Shown here piece by piece: positions 1-10,558 of a DNA stretch of 64,000 bases. Origin of the DNA: an uncultured Gammaproteobacteria bacterium (GTDB lineage Bacteria; Patescibacteriota; Microgenomatia; UBA10105; UBA927). Location of the stretch: NCBI GenBank assembly GCA_964430295.1, contig CAYSEV010000002.1, positions 7,024 through 71,023 on the forward strand. Direction: 5' to 3'. A program made the translations under genes and the position numbers. The notes below the pieces were generated by a model. That model saw only the letters and a list, made by a program, of their open reading frames with translations, searched no databases and was not told the DNA's origin. Numbering within the stretch: the stretch's first letter is position 1; every line of letters starts with the position of its first letter.

Positions 1-732
1 CTTTTTCAGTCGAAATTATACGAAAAAGAACGATCGCTTTTTTCATGGATACTTATCATCGCTGCATTCTTTGTCAGTCAACTGAGCAGTATTTTTTGGG
101 GATCACGTATACTTCAGCTTCTTGTGCAATTTCCGTATAGACTCTTTTTATTTTGGATTGTTTCCGGTGCATGGATAATTGCTTATATATCGGAAAGTTG
201 GAAAAAAGTAGGAGTGATGTTGTCTGTACTATCGCTATGTTGGATGGGATATGGATCTATTGCATATTGGAATGCGGAGAGTGTTGTAAGAGATGATGGA
301 TATTTCAGTACGAATGAAGGAACGACGACGGTTGCAAATGAATACATGCCAAAATGGGTTTCTATACTCCCAAACAGACGTACAGACGAACGCATAGAAG
401 TGATAGAAGGAAATGTCCTGATTACTCCAATTCAGATCAACTCAAACAGAATATACGTAAAGCTTCATGCAAAAGAAGACAGTGAACTTCAAATCAATAC
501 GATATTTTATCCGGGTTGGGGAGCCATGATAGATGGGAGACCTATTTCTATTTCTTATAACAATAGTCAGGGCCTTATGCGTTTGCCGCTCTTGACAGGG
601 GATCATACGTTATTTATGGAATTCAGAGAAACAAGGAGCAGATTTGCAGCGGATATGCTGACACTTATATGTATCTTTACCTATATTGGTATGTATTTGA
701 TTCCTCACGTGCAAAAGAGGAGGGGTCATTAG
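1..732 (+). CDS. 3' part of a polytopic GT-C-type membrane protein (PTPS-related-domain/YfhO-like group); 5' end outside the window
   Basis: The frame is open from base 1. It has the QFPYR and NEYMPKW motifs, a C-terminal 'FYPGW.AMIDG' soluble domain and a final TM helix, matching paralogs at 733, 23292, 32281 and 36390. Confidence 0.8.
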   Translation, partial: LFQSKLYEKERSLFSWILIIAAFFVSQLSSIFWGSRILQLLVQFPYRLFLFWIVSGAWIIAYISESWKKVGVMLSVLSLCWMGYGSIAYWNAESVVRDDGYFSTNEGTTTVANEYMPKWVSILPNRRTDERIEVIEGNVLITPIQINSNRIYVKLHAKEDSELQINTIFYPGWGAMIDGRPISISYNNSQGLMRLPLLTGDHTLFMEFRETRSRFAADMLTLICIFTYIGMYLIPHVQKRRGH

Positions 733-2427
733 ATGAAATTTCCTAACATTAACAGATATTGGATAGGGCTTATCTTTTCGATGCTATTACTATGGTGGGC
801 AGTCAAACCGCTTCTTAACAATGGGTACTTCCCTATGCACGATGATACACAGGTTGCCCGTGTGATTGCGATGGGTAGTGCACTTCGTGAATATCAGTTT
901 CCTGTCCGCATGGTAGACGGATTAGGATATGGGTATGGGTATCCGATTTTTAACTTTTACTCACCACTTCCATATTATGTCGGTGGAATTCTTTACGCCG
1001 TTGGTATAGATCCATTTGTATCAACCAAGATCATGTTCCTATTACCGATACTTTTTGGATGTGTGTTTCTCTATATGTTTCTTGCCCCTGCGTACGGTAT
1101 AGCATCTGCTGTTATCGGAGCTCTTCTCTTTACATATGCACCATATCATGCGGTTCAACTATATGTTAGGGGATCCGTTGGAGAATATTGGGCTATCGCT
1201 TTTGTTCCTCTTCTTTTACTCTCTATAATGCGTATAACAACACATAAAACATATGATTGGCTCGCAGTGGGGTCATTATCTATGGCTGCGATCATTACGT
1301 CTCACACAATTCTCTCGGTTCTTGTTTTGACGTTGTACATCCTATGCACCATACTATATTTTTTCTATCAGGTTAATAGTAAAAAGTTAAAAGATATATC
1401 TTCGTATGTATCTATTATTTTGATGGTAGTAGGTGGACTTGGAGTATCTGCATTTTTTTGGTTACCAGCGTTTTTGGAAATGAAGTATACAGGAGTTTCA
1501 TCAATGATAGCAGCTGCACCGACTGGGTTTTATGACCATTTTGTTTGTCTCTATCAGTTATGGGACTCACCATGGGGTTTCGGTGGATCTGCACCAGGAT
1601 GTGTGAATGACGGAATGTCATTTAAATTAGGAAAAGTGCACATACTACTTATCTGTGTATCTCTTTGTGTATATTTATGGAAACGATTTGTACATGCGAA
1701 AAAATATACTTCGTTTCAAATAATGATTGGAATAACGGCGCTTGTACTATCACTCTTTGGCGTAGTTGAATATTCAACAGCTGTATGGAAGTTATTTCCA
1801 TTCACTTCTGTTGTTCAATATCCATGGAGACTTCTTTCTGTCGCTATGCTTGCATCTGCAGTGGTAGGAGCCTATGGTATTTCATATATTTCAAACTCGA
1901 GACCCAGAATCCTCACAGCTCTAGTAGTGGGTATTGGCATTATTGCTATAAATGCTAAATTATTTGTTCCTAAATTTATATTTACTCCGGATACGACAAT
2001 TTTTTCAGCATCAGATATACAATTTCGTGTGTCAAAAATTTCGGATGAATATCTGCCTGATAGTCTTATAAAACCAAAATTAGCCAGTGATGTCCCGGGT
2101 GAAGTTCTAACAGCGGGGCCGGATTCCAGGATAACTATACAAACAAAAAAAAGTACATACATACAAGCTCAGATAGAACAGTCAAAGACAGATGTCATCA
2201 CACTGCAAAAAGCCGCATTTCCTGGGTGGCAATTTACTATAGATGGAAAATCTGTACAATCTGATACTATACATGGATTGCCAGTGTTTACCCTGGAAAA
2301 AGGTAACCACACATTTGAGGCTGCATTTAAAGATACGCCTATTCGATCACAGAGTACTATAATAAGTGTCATGACACTGATTTTATTGGGAGGATTATTG
2401 TTCTATGGACAAAAAACCAAAACTTAA
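733..2427 (+). CDS. Polytopic GT-C-type glycosyltransferase, '6-pyruvoyl-tetrahydropterin synthase-related domain' membrane protein group
   Basis: 564 aa. Motifs MHDDTQVAR, GYGYPIFNFYSP, PYH..LYVRG..GE, FFWLPA..E and QYPWR; many TM helices; C-terminal FPGW..IDG domain. Confidence 0.8.
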   Translation: MKFPNINRYWIGLIFSMLLLWWAVKPLLNNGYFPMHDDTQVARVIAMGSALREYQFPVRMVDGLGYGYGYPIFNFYSPLPYYVGGILYAVGIDPFVSTKIMFLLPILFGCVFLYMFLAPAYGIASAVIGALLFTYAPYHAVQLYVRGSVGEYWAIAFVPLLLLSIMRITTHKTYDWLAVGSLSMAAIITSHTILSVLVLTLYILCTILYFFYQVNSKKLKDISSYVSIILMVVGGLGVSAFFWLPAFLEMKYTGVSSMIAAAPTGFYDHFVCLYQLWDSPWGFGGSAPGCVNDGMSFKLGKVHILLICVSLCVYLWKRFVHAKKYTSFQIMIGITALVLSLFGVVEYSTAVWKLFPFTSVVQYPWRLLSVAMLASAVVGAYGISYISNSRPRILTALVVGIGIIAINAKLFVPKFIFTPDTTIFSASDIQFRVSKISDEYLPDSLIKPKLASDVPGEVLTAGPDSRITIQTKKSTYIQAQIEQSKTDVITLQKAAFPGWQFTIDGKSVQSDTIHGLPVFTLEKGNHTFEAAFKDTPIRSQSTIISVMTLILLGGLLFYGQKTKT

Positions 2428-3139
2428 TATTGTCTTACCTGTCTATAATGAGGAAGAAGAACTCTCTGAACATACAGAGACGTTAGTCAGGTATCTGAAA
2501 AGTGACCTTAAAGATTTTATATGGAGTGTGACAATCGCAGATAACGCGTCGACTGATAAGACGCTTGTTGTGGCAAATAAACTTGCCAAAAAATATCCTG
2601 AAGTACGCGTACTTCATTTGGATCAAAAGGGTAGAGGCAGAGCTGTAAAAGCCGCCTGGTTAGGAACGCAGGCAGATGTACACTGCTATATGGATATAGA
2701 TTTATCTACGGATCTCAAACACCTACCCGGACTCGTCCGTTCACTTATTCGGGGATATGATATAGCCATCGGCACGCGTAACGCCCAGGGGTCACGGGTA
2801 TACGGTAGAAGCTTACTTCGAACAATTACCTCAAAAGCGTATATCCTTATGATTAAATCAATATTTTTTGTTAAGTTTTCCGATGCGCAGTGCGGATTCA
2901 AGGCAATTACCGATGAAGCAGCAAAAAAAATATTGCCTCTCCTAAAGGATGATGAGTGGTTTTTTGATAGTGAACTATTAATCGTTGCAGAGAAACTAGG
3001 ATATCGGATCTATGAAGAGCATGTAACCTGGATAGATAATCCCGGTTCCACCGTGCGCGTAGTAAAAACTGCACAGGGAGATATCGAAGGCCTTATGCGT
3101 CTTTTTTTGCAACGGCCGTGGAAAAAAGCAACACTATAA
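2405..3139 (+). CDS. GT2 polyprenyl-phosphate glycosyltransferase (dolichyl-phosphate glucose/mannose synthase-like)
   Basis: Motifs VLPVYNEE, DNASTD, GRG.AV, YMDIDLSTD, SDAQCGFK and WFFDSELL are typical of DPG/DPM-synthase-like GT2. Confidence 0.85.
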   Translation: MDKKPKLNIVLPVYNEEEELSEHTETLVRYLKSDLKDFIWSVTIADNASTDKTLVVANKLAKKYPEVRVLHLDQKGRGRAVKAAWLGTQADVHCYMDIDLSTDLKHLPGLVRSLIRGYDIAIGTRNAQGSRVYGRSLLRTITSKAYILMIKSIFFVKFSDAQCGFKAITDEAAKKILPLLKDDEWFFDSELLIVAEKLGYRIYEEHVTWIDNPGSTVRVVKTAQGDIEGLMRLFLQRPWKKATL

Positions 3140-3143
3140 TGAT

Positions 3144-4586
3144 ATGAAAGAAACAGATATACATGCTATTAAAAAGCGTTCATTAACGGGAATTATTGCG
3201 TTGACATCCCGTACATTTTTACTGCAAATTATCGCATTTGCTTCAACATTCCTCTTGACTGTATTTTTGAGCCCTTCGATATTTGGTGTATTTTATGTAG
3301 TATCTGCTATTATTTCTTTTCTTTCTTATTTTTCTGATGTCGGGCTTGCCGCTGCACTTATTCAGAAAAAAGAAACGTTAACAGACGAAGATTTGATTAC
3401 CACATTTACCATACAGCAGCTATTAGTATTTCCTGTGAGTTTGGTTGCACTATTATGTTCATCATATGTAGGTACCTTTTATAAACTGGATGCATCAGGC
3501 ATCGCACTATTTCAGTCTTTGGTTTTTTCATTCTTTATTTCATCATTAAAGACGATTCCTTCTGTCCTTTTGGAACGAGAATTACAGTTTAACAAATTGG
3601 TTATACCGCAGATTGCAGAAACCATAGGTTTTTATGGTGTGGCAGTCATCATGGCATGGAAGGGCTTTGGGCTTACCAGTTTTACCTGGGCAGTTGTGAC
3701 TCGGGCAGTCATTGGATTTGTACTTATGTATAGTATCTCTCCATGGAAAATACGACTTGGTATTTCAAAACCTGTAGCAAAACGACTTCTTAAATTTGGT
3801 ATACCGTTTCAGATGAATTCACTCCTTGCTCTGGTAAAGGATGATTTGATGACAGTATTTTTAGGAAAAGTTCTGACATTTGAGCAAATAGGATATATAG
3901 GGTGGGCAAAAAAATGGGCGGAAGTGCCTCTACGGCTTATTATGGACAGTGTTATTCGAGTTACTTTTCCTGCATTTTCCCGTCTACAGCATTCGAAAGA
4001 ACACTTAGGCAGTGCAATCGAAAAAACGCTGTTTGGACTATCTGTTGCGATGATGCCGATCTCTGTAGGTCTCTTATATTTTATAGAACCGGCGGTACGT
4101 TTGATACCAAAATATGGTAAATGGGAACCTGCTCTTTTGTCTTTCTATATATTTGTATTGACTGCACTTTTGGCAGGATTTTCTACACCGCTTACCAACG
4201 CGCTGAATGCGGTGGGAAAGATTAAAACCACTATGTTCCTTATGATTTTCTGGACTGTCGGGACGTGGGTATTTACGCTTCTGTTTATTCCTATATTTGG
4301 ATTTAACGGATTTGCTATTACTATGTTTATACTTTCGCTTGCATTATTTGCCGTTATAAAGCTTTCCAAGTCTATTGCGGATTTTTCGTTTATATCTCAG
4401 ATAAAATGGCCATTTATAGCATCGTTGTGTCAGTTGGTATGGTATCAGGTAGCACGGGGAACACAACCGTATTCAACACCAAGACTGGCAGTCGTTGCCA
4501 TATCCGGTGTTATACTATATGGAGCGATCTTGTGGCATTTCGAACGAAAACGGATTGCAGAAATTGTCACCATAGCCAGAACCTGA
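3144..4586 (+). CDS. wzx: Wzx/MATE-like oligosaccharide flippase (WzxC-like)
   Basis: 480 aa with about 12-14 TM helices; motifs LSPSIFG, DVGLAAALIQKK, LEREL.F and V.FPAFSRLQ. Confidence 0.85.
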   Translation: MKETDIHAIKKRSLTGIIALTSRTFLLQIIAFASTFLLTVFLSPSIFGVFYVVSAIISFLSYFSDVGLAAALIQKKETLTDEDLITTFTIQQLLVFPVSLVALLCSSYVGTFYKLDASGIALFQSLVFSFFISSLKTIPSVLLERELQFNKLVIPQIAETIGFYGVAVIMAWKGFGLTSFTWAVVTRAVIGFVLMYSISPWKIRLGISKPVAKRLLKFGIPFQMNSLLALVKDDLMTVFLGKVLTFEQIGYIGWAKKWAEVPLRLIMDSVIRVTFPAFSRLQHSKEHLGSAIEKTLFGLSVAMMPISVGLLYFIEPAVRLIPKYGKWEPALLSFYIFVLTALLAGFSTPLTNALNAVGKIKTTMFLMIFWTVGTWVFTLLFIPIFGFNGFAITMFILSLALFAVIKLSKSIADFSFISQIKWPFIASLCQLVWYQVARGTQPYSTPRLAVVAISGVILYGAILWHFERKRIAEIVTIART

Positions 4587-4593
4587 AAAACGT

Positions 4594-5505
4594 ATGAAAC
4601 AGACTCTTTCAGTTGTTGTCTCCGCATACAATGAAGCGCATACACTAGGTCGTTGTTTAGCTTCTGTCGCCTTTGCAGATGAAATTATTGTTGTTGATAA
4701 CGAGTCACTGGATGACACAGCAAAAGTTGCCAGAACATTCACCAAAAACGTATATAGGCAGAAAAATCTGCTCATGCTCAACACAAATAAAAATGTTGGT
4801 TTCTCTAAAGCCACATCAGATTGGATATTAAATCTGGATGCAGACGAAGTTGTCCCGGAATCACTTGCGAAGGAAATTATAAGGATCATACAAGAAAATC
4901 CTAAAGAAAATGGATTTTGGATAGCCAGACGCAATTTCTCATTTGGTAAATGGATACAGCATGGGCTATGGTGGCCGGATAAACAGTTACGGTTGTTTAG
5001 AAGAAATAAAGGATCGTTTCCGTGTATCCATATTCATGAATATATTTCCGTAGAGGGTGAGGTTGGTACCCTCACAGAAGCCTACGATCATTATAATTAT
5101 GAATCTATTCATCAGTATCTGACAAAAATCGATCGTGCTTCAACGAGTGAAGCATTATCACTCAAAGAATCAAACTACGCATTATCCTGGTTTGATGCCC
5201 TCCGATTTCCCGTTTCTGATTTCCTGAAAATTTATTTTGCCCAACGTGGATATAAAGATGGACTTCATGGATTGGTTCTTGCTCTATTTCAATCGTTTTA
5301 TTCGTTTGCGGTTTTTGCAAAATACTGGGAGATGAACGGCTTTACTAAACGTGATATTACACCCGGTGAAATCACAACAGAATTACAACATAATGCAAAA
5401 GAAATGCAGTATTGGCAACTTTCCATGGGTATTGATGAAGACAAAAGTAGTGTAGGAAAGCTTCATAAAAAAATACTTCGAAAATTCATAAAAACATCAG
5501 TATGA
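4594..5505 (+). CDS. GT2 glycosyltransferase (WaaE/LgtF-like beta-glucosyltransferase group)
   Basis: Motifs AYNEA..L..CL.SV, VVDNES.D.T, WIL.LDADE, WPD.QLRLF, HIHE and GYKDGLHGL. Confidence 0.85.
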   Translation: MKQTLSVVVSAYNEAHTLGRCLASVAFADEIIVVDNESLDDTAKVARTFTKNVYRQKNLLMLNTNKNVGFSKATSDWILNLDADEVVPESLAKEIIRIIQENPKENGFWIARRNFSFGKWIQHGLWWPDKQLRLFRRNKGSFPCIHIHEYISVEGEVGTLTEAYDHYNYESIHQYLTKIDRASTSEALSLKESNYALSWFDALRFPVSDFLKIYFAQRGYKDGLHGLVLALFQSFYSFAVFAKYWEMNGFTKRDITPGEITTELQHNAKEMQYWQLSMGIDEDKSSVGKLHKKILRKFIKTSV

Positions 5506-6422
5506 AACAATCAGTCTACGCAATCATCGTAAATTGGAATGGTATAGAGGATACATTAAACTGTCTTCAGTCACTTTCAAAAATAAACCGTTCGTATGCA
5601 AATTTAACTGTTTTGGTTGTTGATAACGGATCTACAAATGATTCCGTTTCCCAGATACATAAAAAATATCCTGATGTAACAGTACTGGAAACAGGGAAAA
5701 ATTTGGGATTTACAGGTGGCAACAATGTAGGGATGGACTATGCTCTCTCCCATAACGCTGATTTTATATGGATGCTCAATAACGATACTCTTGTCCATAA
5801 AGATGTGCTTTCATTTGTTAATCAATTCAACGATCCAAAGGTTGGGGCATGCGGAAGTAAAATATATTTTGCAAAAGGACATGAATATCATGCTGACAGA
5901 TATACAGATAAAGAGCGCGGGCATGTATTATGGTACGCAGGTGGCAAGGTGGACTGGCAAAATATCTATGCATCGCACCGGGGTGTTGATGAAGTGGATC
6001 ATGGGCAGTATGACACAGTAGAAGAAACCCCGTTTATAACCGGATGCTCGTTTATTGTACGCTCTGATATTGTTAAATCAGTCGGTAAACTTGATGATGC
6101 ATACTATTTATACCTTGAAGATCTGGACTGGAGTGTCCGTATACAGCGTGCAGGGTATACATTACAGTATGTTCCAACGTCCATGCTGTGGCATGTGAAT
6201 GCAGGATCCTCCGGGAAGCCTGGAAATCCGACACATGAGTATTACTTTACCCGCAATAGACTCATATTTGGATTTAGATATGCATCTCTTCGTACGAAAT
6301 TTGCATTGGTTCGGGAAGCAGGCAGATTTTTTGTCGGCGCATCCTCTGTGCGACGACGTGCAGTGTCGGATTGGCTGCTTCGAAAATTCGGTAAACAATA
6401 TGAGCCAAAAAAAATCAATTGA
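5502..6422 (+). CDS. GT2 glycosyltransferase (WbbL/rhamnosyltransferase-like group)
   Basis: Motifs IVNWNG, VDNGSTND, NLGFTGGNN, LNNDT and YYLYLEDLDWS.R. Confidence 0.85.
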   Translation: MKQSVYAIIVNWNGIEDTLNCLQSLSKINRSYANLTVLVVDNGSTNDSVSQIHKKYPDVTVLETGKNLGFTGGNNVGMDYALSHNADFIWMLNNDTLVHKDVLSFVNQFNDPKVGACGSKIYFAKGHEYHADRYTDKERGHVLWYAGGKVDWQNIYASHRGVDEVDHGQYDTVEETPFITGCSFIVRSDIVKSVGKLDDAYYLYLEDLDWSVRIQRAGYTLQYVPTSMLWHVNAGSSGKPGNPTHEYYFTRNRLIFGFRYASLRTKFALVREAGRFFVGASSVRRRAVSDWLLRKFGKQYEPKKIN

Positions 6423-7194
6423 TGCAATCATCATAGCCAAAAATGAATCTGCAAGGATTAGAGCGTGCATACAGCATCTGTCGTTTTGTTCTCATATCTT
6501 TGTCATCGATAACGGTTCAACGGATGACACAATCGCATCTGCAAAAAAATCAGGAGCAATAGTCTACACAACCGATTCAAAAAATTTCGCAGATGTGCGA
6601 AATTTGGGAGCAACATATTCAACAGCAGACTGGCTGTTGTATATAGATGCAGATGAATTTGTCAGCCCTTCACTGCAAACAGAGGTAGAAGATGTGATCG
6701 CAGGAAATAGCGATATAAAAGGATATAGAATACTTCGTGATAATTATTACCTAGGGTATCTGTGGCCTACTCATGATGGTATGGTTCGGCTTATTCATCG
6801 AACATCACTTACAGCGTGGCGTGGAGATATCCATGAACATGCTGAAATTCAAGGGACTGTGGGAGTGCTAACAAACCATCTTATTCATGACACACATCGA
6901 ACGCTTCATGAGATGACGGAAAAAACAAACGAGTGGTCAGAAATAGAAGCGAAACTGCGGTTTGATACAAACCATCCGCAAATTGTCCCATGGCGACTGT
7001 TTCGTGTCATGTTGACGGGATTTTTTACGTCGTATATGAAAGATGGCGGATGGAAAATGGGAACTGTCGGGCTAATTGAAAGTATTTTTCAGGCTTTCAG
7101 TATGTTTACCACATACGCCAAACTGTGGGAATTACAACAGAAGGCGAATGATAAGTCAAAAGGGAAAAGTGTAAAGTCGAAAAATGATTTATGA
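6400..7194 (+). CDS. GT2 glycosyltransferase (WaaE/LgtF-like group)
   Basis: Start moved to ATG 6400 (MSQKK), because the longer ORF overlaps the upstream gene. Motifs IIAKNE, IDNGSTDDT, YIDADE and IHEH. Confidence 0.85.
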   Translation: MSQKKSIDAIIIAKNESARIRACIQHLSFCSHIFVIDNGSTDDTIASAKKSGAIVYTTDSKNFADVRNLGATYSTADWLLYIDADEFVSPSLQTEVEDVIAGNSDIKGYRILRDNYYLGYLWPTHDGMVRLIHRTSLTAWRGDIHEHAEIQGTVGVLTNHLIHDTHRTLHEMTEKTNEWSEIEAKLRFDTNHPQIVPWRLFRVMLTGFFTSYMKDGGWKMGTVGLIESIFQAFSMFTTYAKLWELQQKANDKSKGKSVKSKNDL

Positions 7195-9524
7195 GAAATA
7201 TTGTTCAAAAGTATTGGCCAATTTTCGCAATAGGTATACTCTGGGTTGTGTTTAGTGCGTCGTATTTCATAAAGGGACTTGTGCCGTTTCCGTCATCATA
7301 TCTGATTTCCTCATTTCCTCCGTGGAATGCACATACAGGCGTTCCTGTAAAAAACAATGCAATGCCCGATATTATTTCTCAAATTTATCCGTGGAAAGTA
7401 TTGACGGTGGATTCCTGGAAAAAGGGTGTAATTCCGTTATGGAATCCATATAGTTTTGCCGGCACCGGTCATGCTGCAAATTATCAGACAGCTATTTTCT
7501 CTCCACTTACACTTTTATTTTTTGTTCTGCCGTTTATAGATGCATGGAGTCTCTTAATCTTGCTGCAACCGCTTGTCGCGGGACTTGGCATGTATCTGTT
7601 TCTTCGTGAAAGAAATTCTAGTGCACGGGTAGGGTCTTTTATCGGTGCAGTAGCATTTATGTTTTGCGGATTTATGGTCGGATGGATGGCGTATGGGACT
7701 CTTGGGTGGTCTGCAGCCATGTTACCATGGATATTATTTTTTATCTCCAGATACGTATCAAAACATATATGGTATGCACCAATTCTGGCGTCTCTTTCTA
7801 TAGCGGCTTCATTTGTATCAGGACATTTTCAGATCAGTGTATATGTCCTGGGACTTTCACTTCTGTATACAATATTTATATCAGTTCGCTATAAACGGAT
7901 TACTGATGGATTTATTTTGTTACTGTATATACTGTTCGGTCTTGCTATTGCTGCCCCACAACTGCTTTTGACGTATCATGCATATCAACAATCTGTTCGC
8001 AGTACGAGTTTTATAAAAGGTGAAGTGATTCCATGGAATTATATAGTCTCACTATTTGCTCCTGATTTTTATGGAAATCCCGTGACACGTAATGACTGGT
8101 TTGGTCATTATGCCGAATGGGCGTCATATATTGGAATCATTCCACTTATTCTGGCTCTATTATCTTTTGCATATAAGCGAACAAAAGAACAGTTGTTTTT
8201 TATGTGTGTCGCAATCATAACAATGATCCTGGCATATCAGTCACCTCTGAGTGACCTATTATTTTTCCTAAAAATCCCTGCGCTTTCTACGAGTGCAGCT
8301 TCCCGTATTTTGATTCTAACAAGCTTTTCATTATCGTTTTTAAGTGCTGTCGGATGGAGTCATATACAGGATATATGGGTTAGTAAAAACCGAAAATTAT
8401 TTTTTATATATAGTGCCTGCATACTATCAATTGTACTCATTATCTGGGGAATTGTTCTGGGACTTCGTCCGTTTGATATTGAAAAATTGTCTGTAGCAAA
8501 ACGTAATTTGGTTTTGCCAACTGGTCTCACTCTTCTGTCACTGATACTCATGGTTGCAGGGTTTATGAAGTCAAAGATGATGAAAAGTGTCGTCATTCTT
8601 CTGATACTTTTCGGAGTGGTATTTGATCTGTATAGATTCTCTTCTAAATGGATGCCATTTGAATCCAGATCGGATATATATCCGCCGGTTGCATCTTTAG
8701 AATATCTTCGCGCACATGCCGGACCTAACCGTGTATTCGGAAATATTGGCGGTGAAGTTGCATCCACTTTTGGTATTTCACTTATCGAAGGATATGATGC
8801 GATGTATCAGAAACGGTATGGAGAATTTATGCAGGCGGCATCAAAAAAACTTCCGCTTCCTCCTGAACGGTCTGTTGTTCAGTTCGATAAAAACGGAGTT
8901 CACAGAGATACCGTATTGCAACTTCTGGGTGTGAAATATATCTATCATCGGAAAAGTGATGGTCAGGCAGTCTGGGCATTTCCGTTTTGGGAATACGAAA
9001 AAGCGGGGAGTATGAAACAGGTGTATGCTGATGATGACTACTGGATTTACGAATATACCGATGCCTTCCCACGCGCATTTCTGGCGGGAAATTATGTGGT
9101 AAAACAATCGGACCGTGAACTTCTTTCAGAGCTTTTTTCCGACCGCGTGAACTTACGAGATACAGTCCTTTTGGAAGAAGAACCATCTGTAAAACCTCAA
9201 GAGGGAAGCGCATCGGCTGAAATCGTATCCTATACACCCAACCGTGTGGAAATAAAAACAACAGCAGATTCACCAAAATTACTTTTTCTTTCCGATACGT
9301 ATGACTCCGGTTGGAGTGCCCGGTTAGATGGTGTAAACCCTACTCGAATTTTTCGCGCAGATTATGACTTCCGGGCCGTTGAAGTGCCAGCCGGTGTTCA
9401 TACTGTCGAGTTTATATATAGACCATCATCTGTATTGTTCGGATTCTGGATTTCCATCGCATCACTCATTTCGATTATACTGAGTACTATCTCATCGTAT
9501 CTTTATGAACATCGGCATCGTTAG
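7191..9524 (+). CDS. YfhO-family polytopic GT-C glycosyltransferase
   Basis: 777 aa. Motifs D...QIYPWK, PLWNPYSFAG, GH.Q, PDFYGNP, EGYD and FPRAF; C-terminal YDSGW.A.LDG domain plus a terminal TM helix. Confidence 0.85.
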   Translation: MRNIVQKYWPIFAIGILWVVFSASYFIKGLVPFPSSYLISSFPPWNAHTGVPVKNNAMPDIISQIYPWKVLTVDSWKKGVIPLWNPYSFAGTGHAANYQTAIFSPLTLLFFVLPFIDAWSLLILLQPLVAGLGMYLFLRERNSSARVGSFIGAVAFMFCGFMVGWMAYGTLGWSAAMLPWILFFISRYVSKHIWYAPILASLSIAASFVSGHFQISVYVLGLSLLYTIFISVRYKRITDGFILLLYILFGLAIAAPQLLLTYHAYQQSVRSTSFIKGEVIPWNYIVSLFAPDFYGNPVTRNDWFGHYAEWASYIGIIPLILALLSFAYKRTKEQLFFMCVAIITMILAYQSPLSDLLFFLKIPALSTSAASRILILTSFSLSFLSAVGWSHIQDIWVSKNRKLFFIYSACILSIVLIIWGIVLGLRPFDIEKLSVAKRNLVLPTGLTLLSLILMVAGFMKSKMMKSVVILLILFGVVFDLYRFSSKWMPFESRSDIYPPVASLEYLRAHAGPNRVFGNIGGEVASTFGISLIEGYDAMYQKRYGEFMQAASKKLPLPPERSVVQFDKNGVHRDTVLQLLGVKYIYHRKSDGQAVWAFPFWEYEKAGSMKQVYADDDYWIYEYTDAFPRAFLAGNYVVKQSDRELLSELFSDRVNLRDTVLLEEEPSVKPQEGSASAEIVSYTPNRVEIKTTADSPKLLFLSDTYDSGWSARLDGVNPTRIFRADYDFRAVEVPAGVHTVEFIYRPSSVLFGFWISIASLISIILSTISSYLYEHRHR

Positions 9525-10554
9525 TCCATATTTTGATTCACTTGGTGGCGGGGAACGCTATATGTTTTCCATAGCTGCACGCGTATCGGGAAGTCATACT
9601 GTACATATATTTTGGGATGATCCAAACATTCTCCAAAAAGCATCAGAGCGGTTTATGCTGGACCTTCGAACTGTATCCGTCGTGCCAAATGTATTTGCTC
9701 ATGGCTCGTTTATAGAGAAGCTGTCTGTCACAAAAAAGTATGATGCTATATTTTTTCTGACGGATGGAAGTATTCCATTTAGTCTCGCAAAACATAACAT
9801 TCTTCATATACAGGTACCCTTTGCCCATATCGATATGCCATTCTGGAAACGGCTGCGATTTAACACTGTTATATATAATTCGAAATTTACATACGAGCAT
9901 GCGGATAGGTCAATTGCAGCTATTGCACATCAGATTATCTATCCGCCGGTGAAACCAATACAGGCATCTGCCGCATCAAAAACAAAACAGATTCTCTCAG
10001 TCGGACGGTTCGGCGGTCTCTATAATGCAAAAAAGTTTGATGTTCTGATAGATGCATTTGAAACATTCATACAGGAAAAAGCATATAAAGGCTATACACT
10101 TGCACTTGCAGGTGGCGTCCTTTTAACAGATACACATGCATTTGAAGCGCTCAGAAAACGGGTAGAAAAACTTCCTGTTGTTTTGTATCCGGACTGTCCG
10201 TATAAAACGCTTATTTCTTTGTACGAAGAGTCTTCTGTGTATTGGCATGCGGCAGGGTTTGGTGAAACTAAACCTGAAAATATGGAACATTTTGGTATTG
10301 CGCCTGTGGAAGCCATGAGTGCCGGAACAGTCCCAGTTGTATATAACGGAGGTGGACTGCCGGAAATAGTAACAGATGGTACAGATGGATATCTGTGGAA
10401 TACTCCCGAGAAGCTCGTGGCAAAAACCAAAGAACTGGTATCTGACCCGATCGTATATAACAAACTATCTGCACAGGCAATGATAACAGCACAAAAATTT
10501 TCAACTGACGCATTTAATACGCAGATAGATATGGTACTCAAGTCGTTCACATAA
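9505..10554 (+). CDS. GT4 (GT-B) glycosyltransferase
   Basis: Motifs GGGERY, ILSVGRF, EHFGIAPVEAMSAG and GG..EIV.DG. Confidence 0.9.
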   Translation: MNIGIVSPYFDSLGGGERYMFSIAARVSGSHTVHIFWDDPNILQKASERFMLDLRTVSVVPNVFAHGSFIEKLSVTKKYDAIFFLTDGSIPFSLAKHNILHIQVPFAHIDMPFWKRLRFNTVIYNSKFTYEHADRSIAAIAHQIIYPPVKPIQASAASKTKQILSVGRFGGLYNAKKFDVLIDAFETFIQEKAYKGYTLALAGGVLLTDTHAFEALRKRVEKLPVVLYPDCPYKTLISLYEESSVYWHAAGFGETKPENMEHFGIAPVEAMSAGTVPVVYNGGGLPEIVTDGTDGYLWNTPEKLVAKTKELVSDPIVYNKLSAQAMITAQKFSTDAFNTQIDMVLKSFT

Positions 10555-10558
10555 CTAT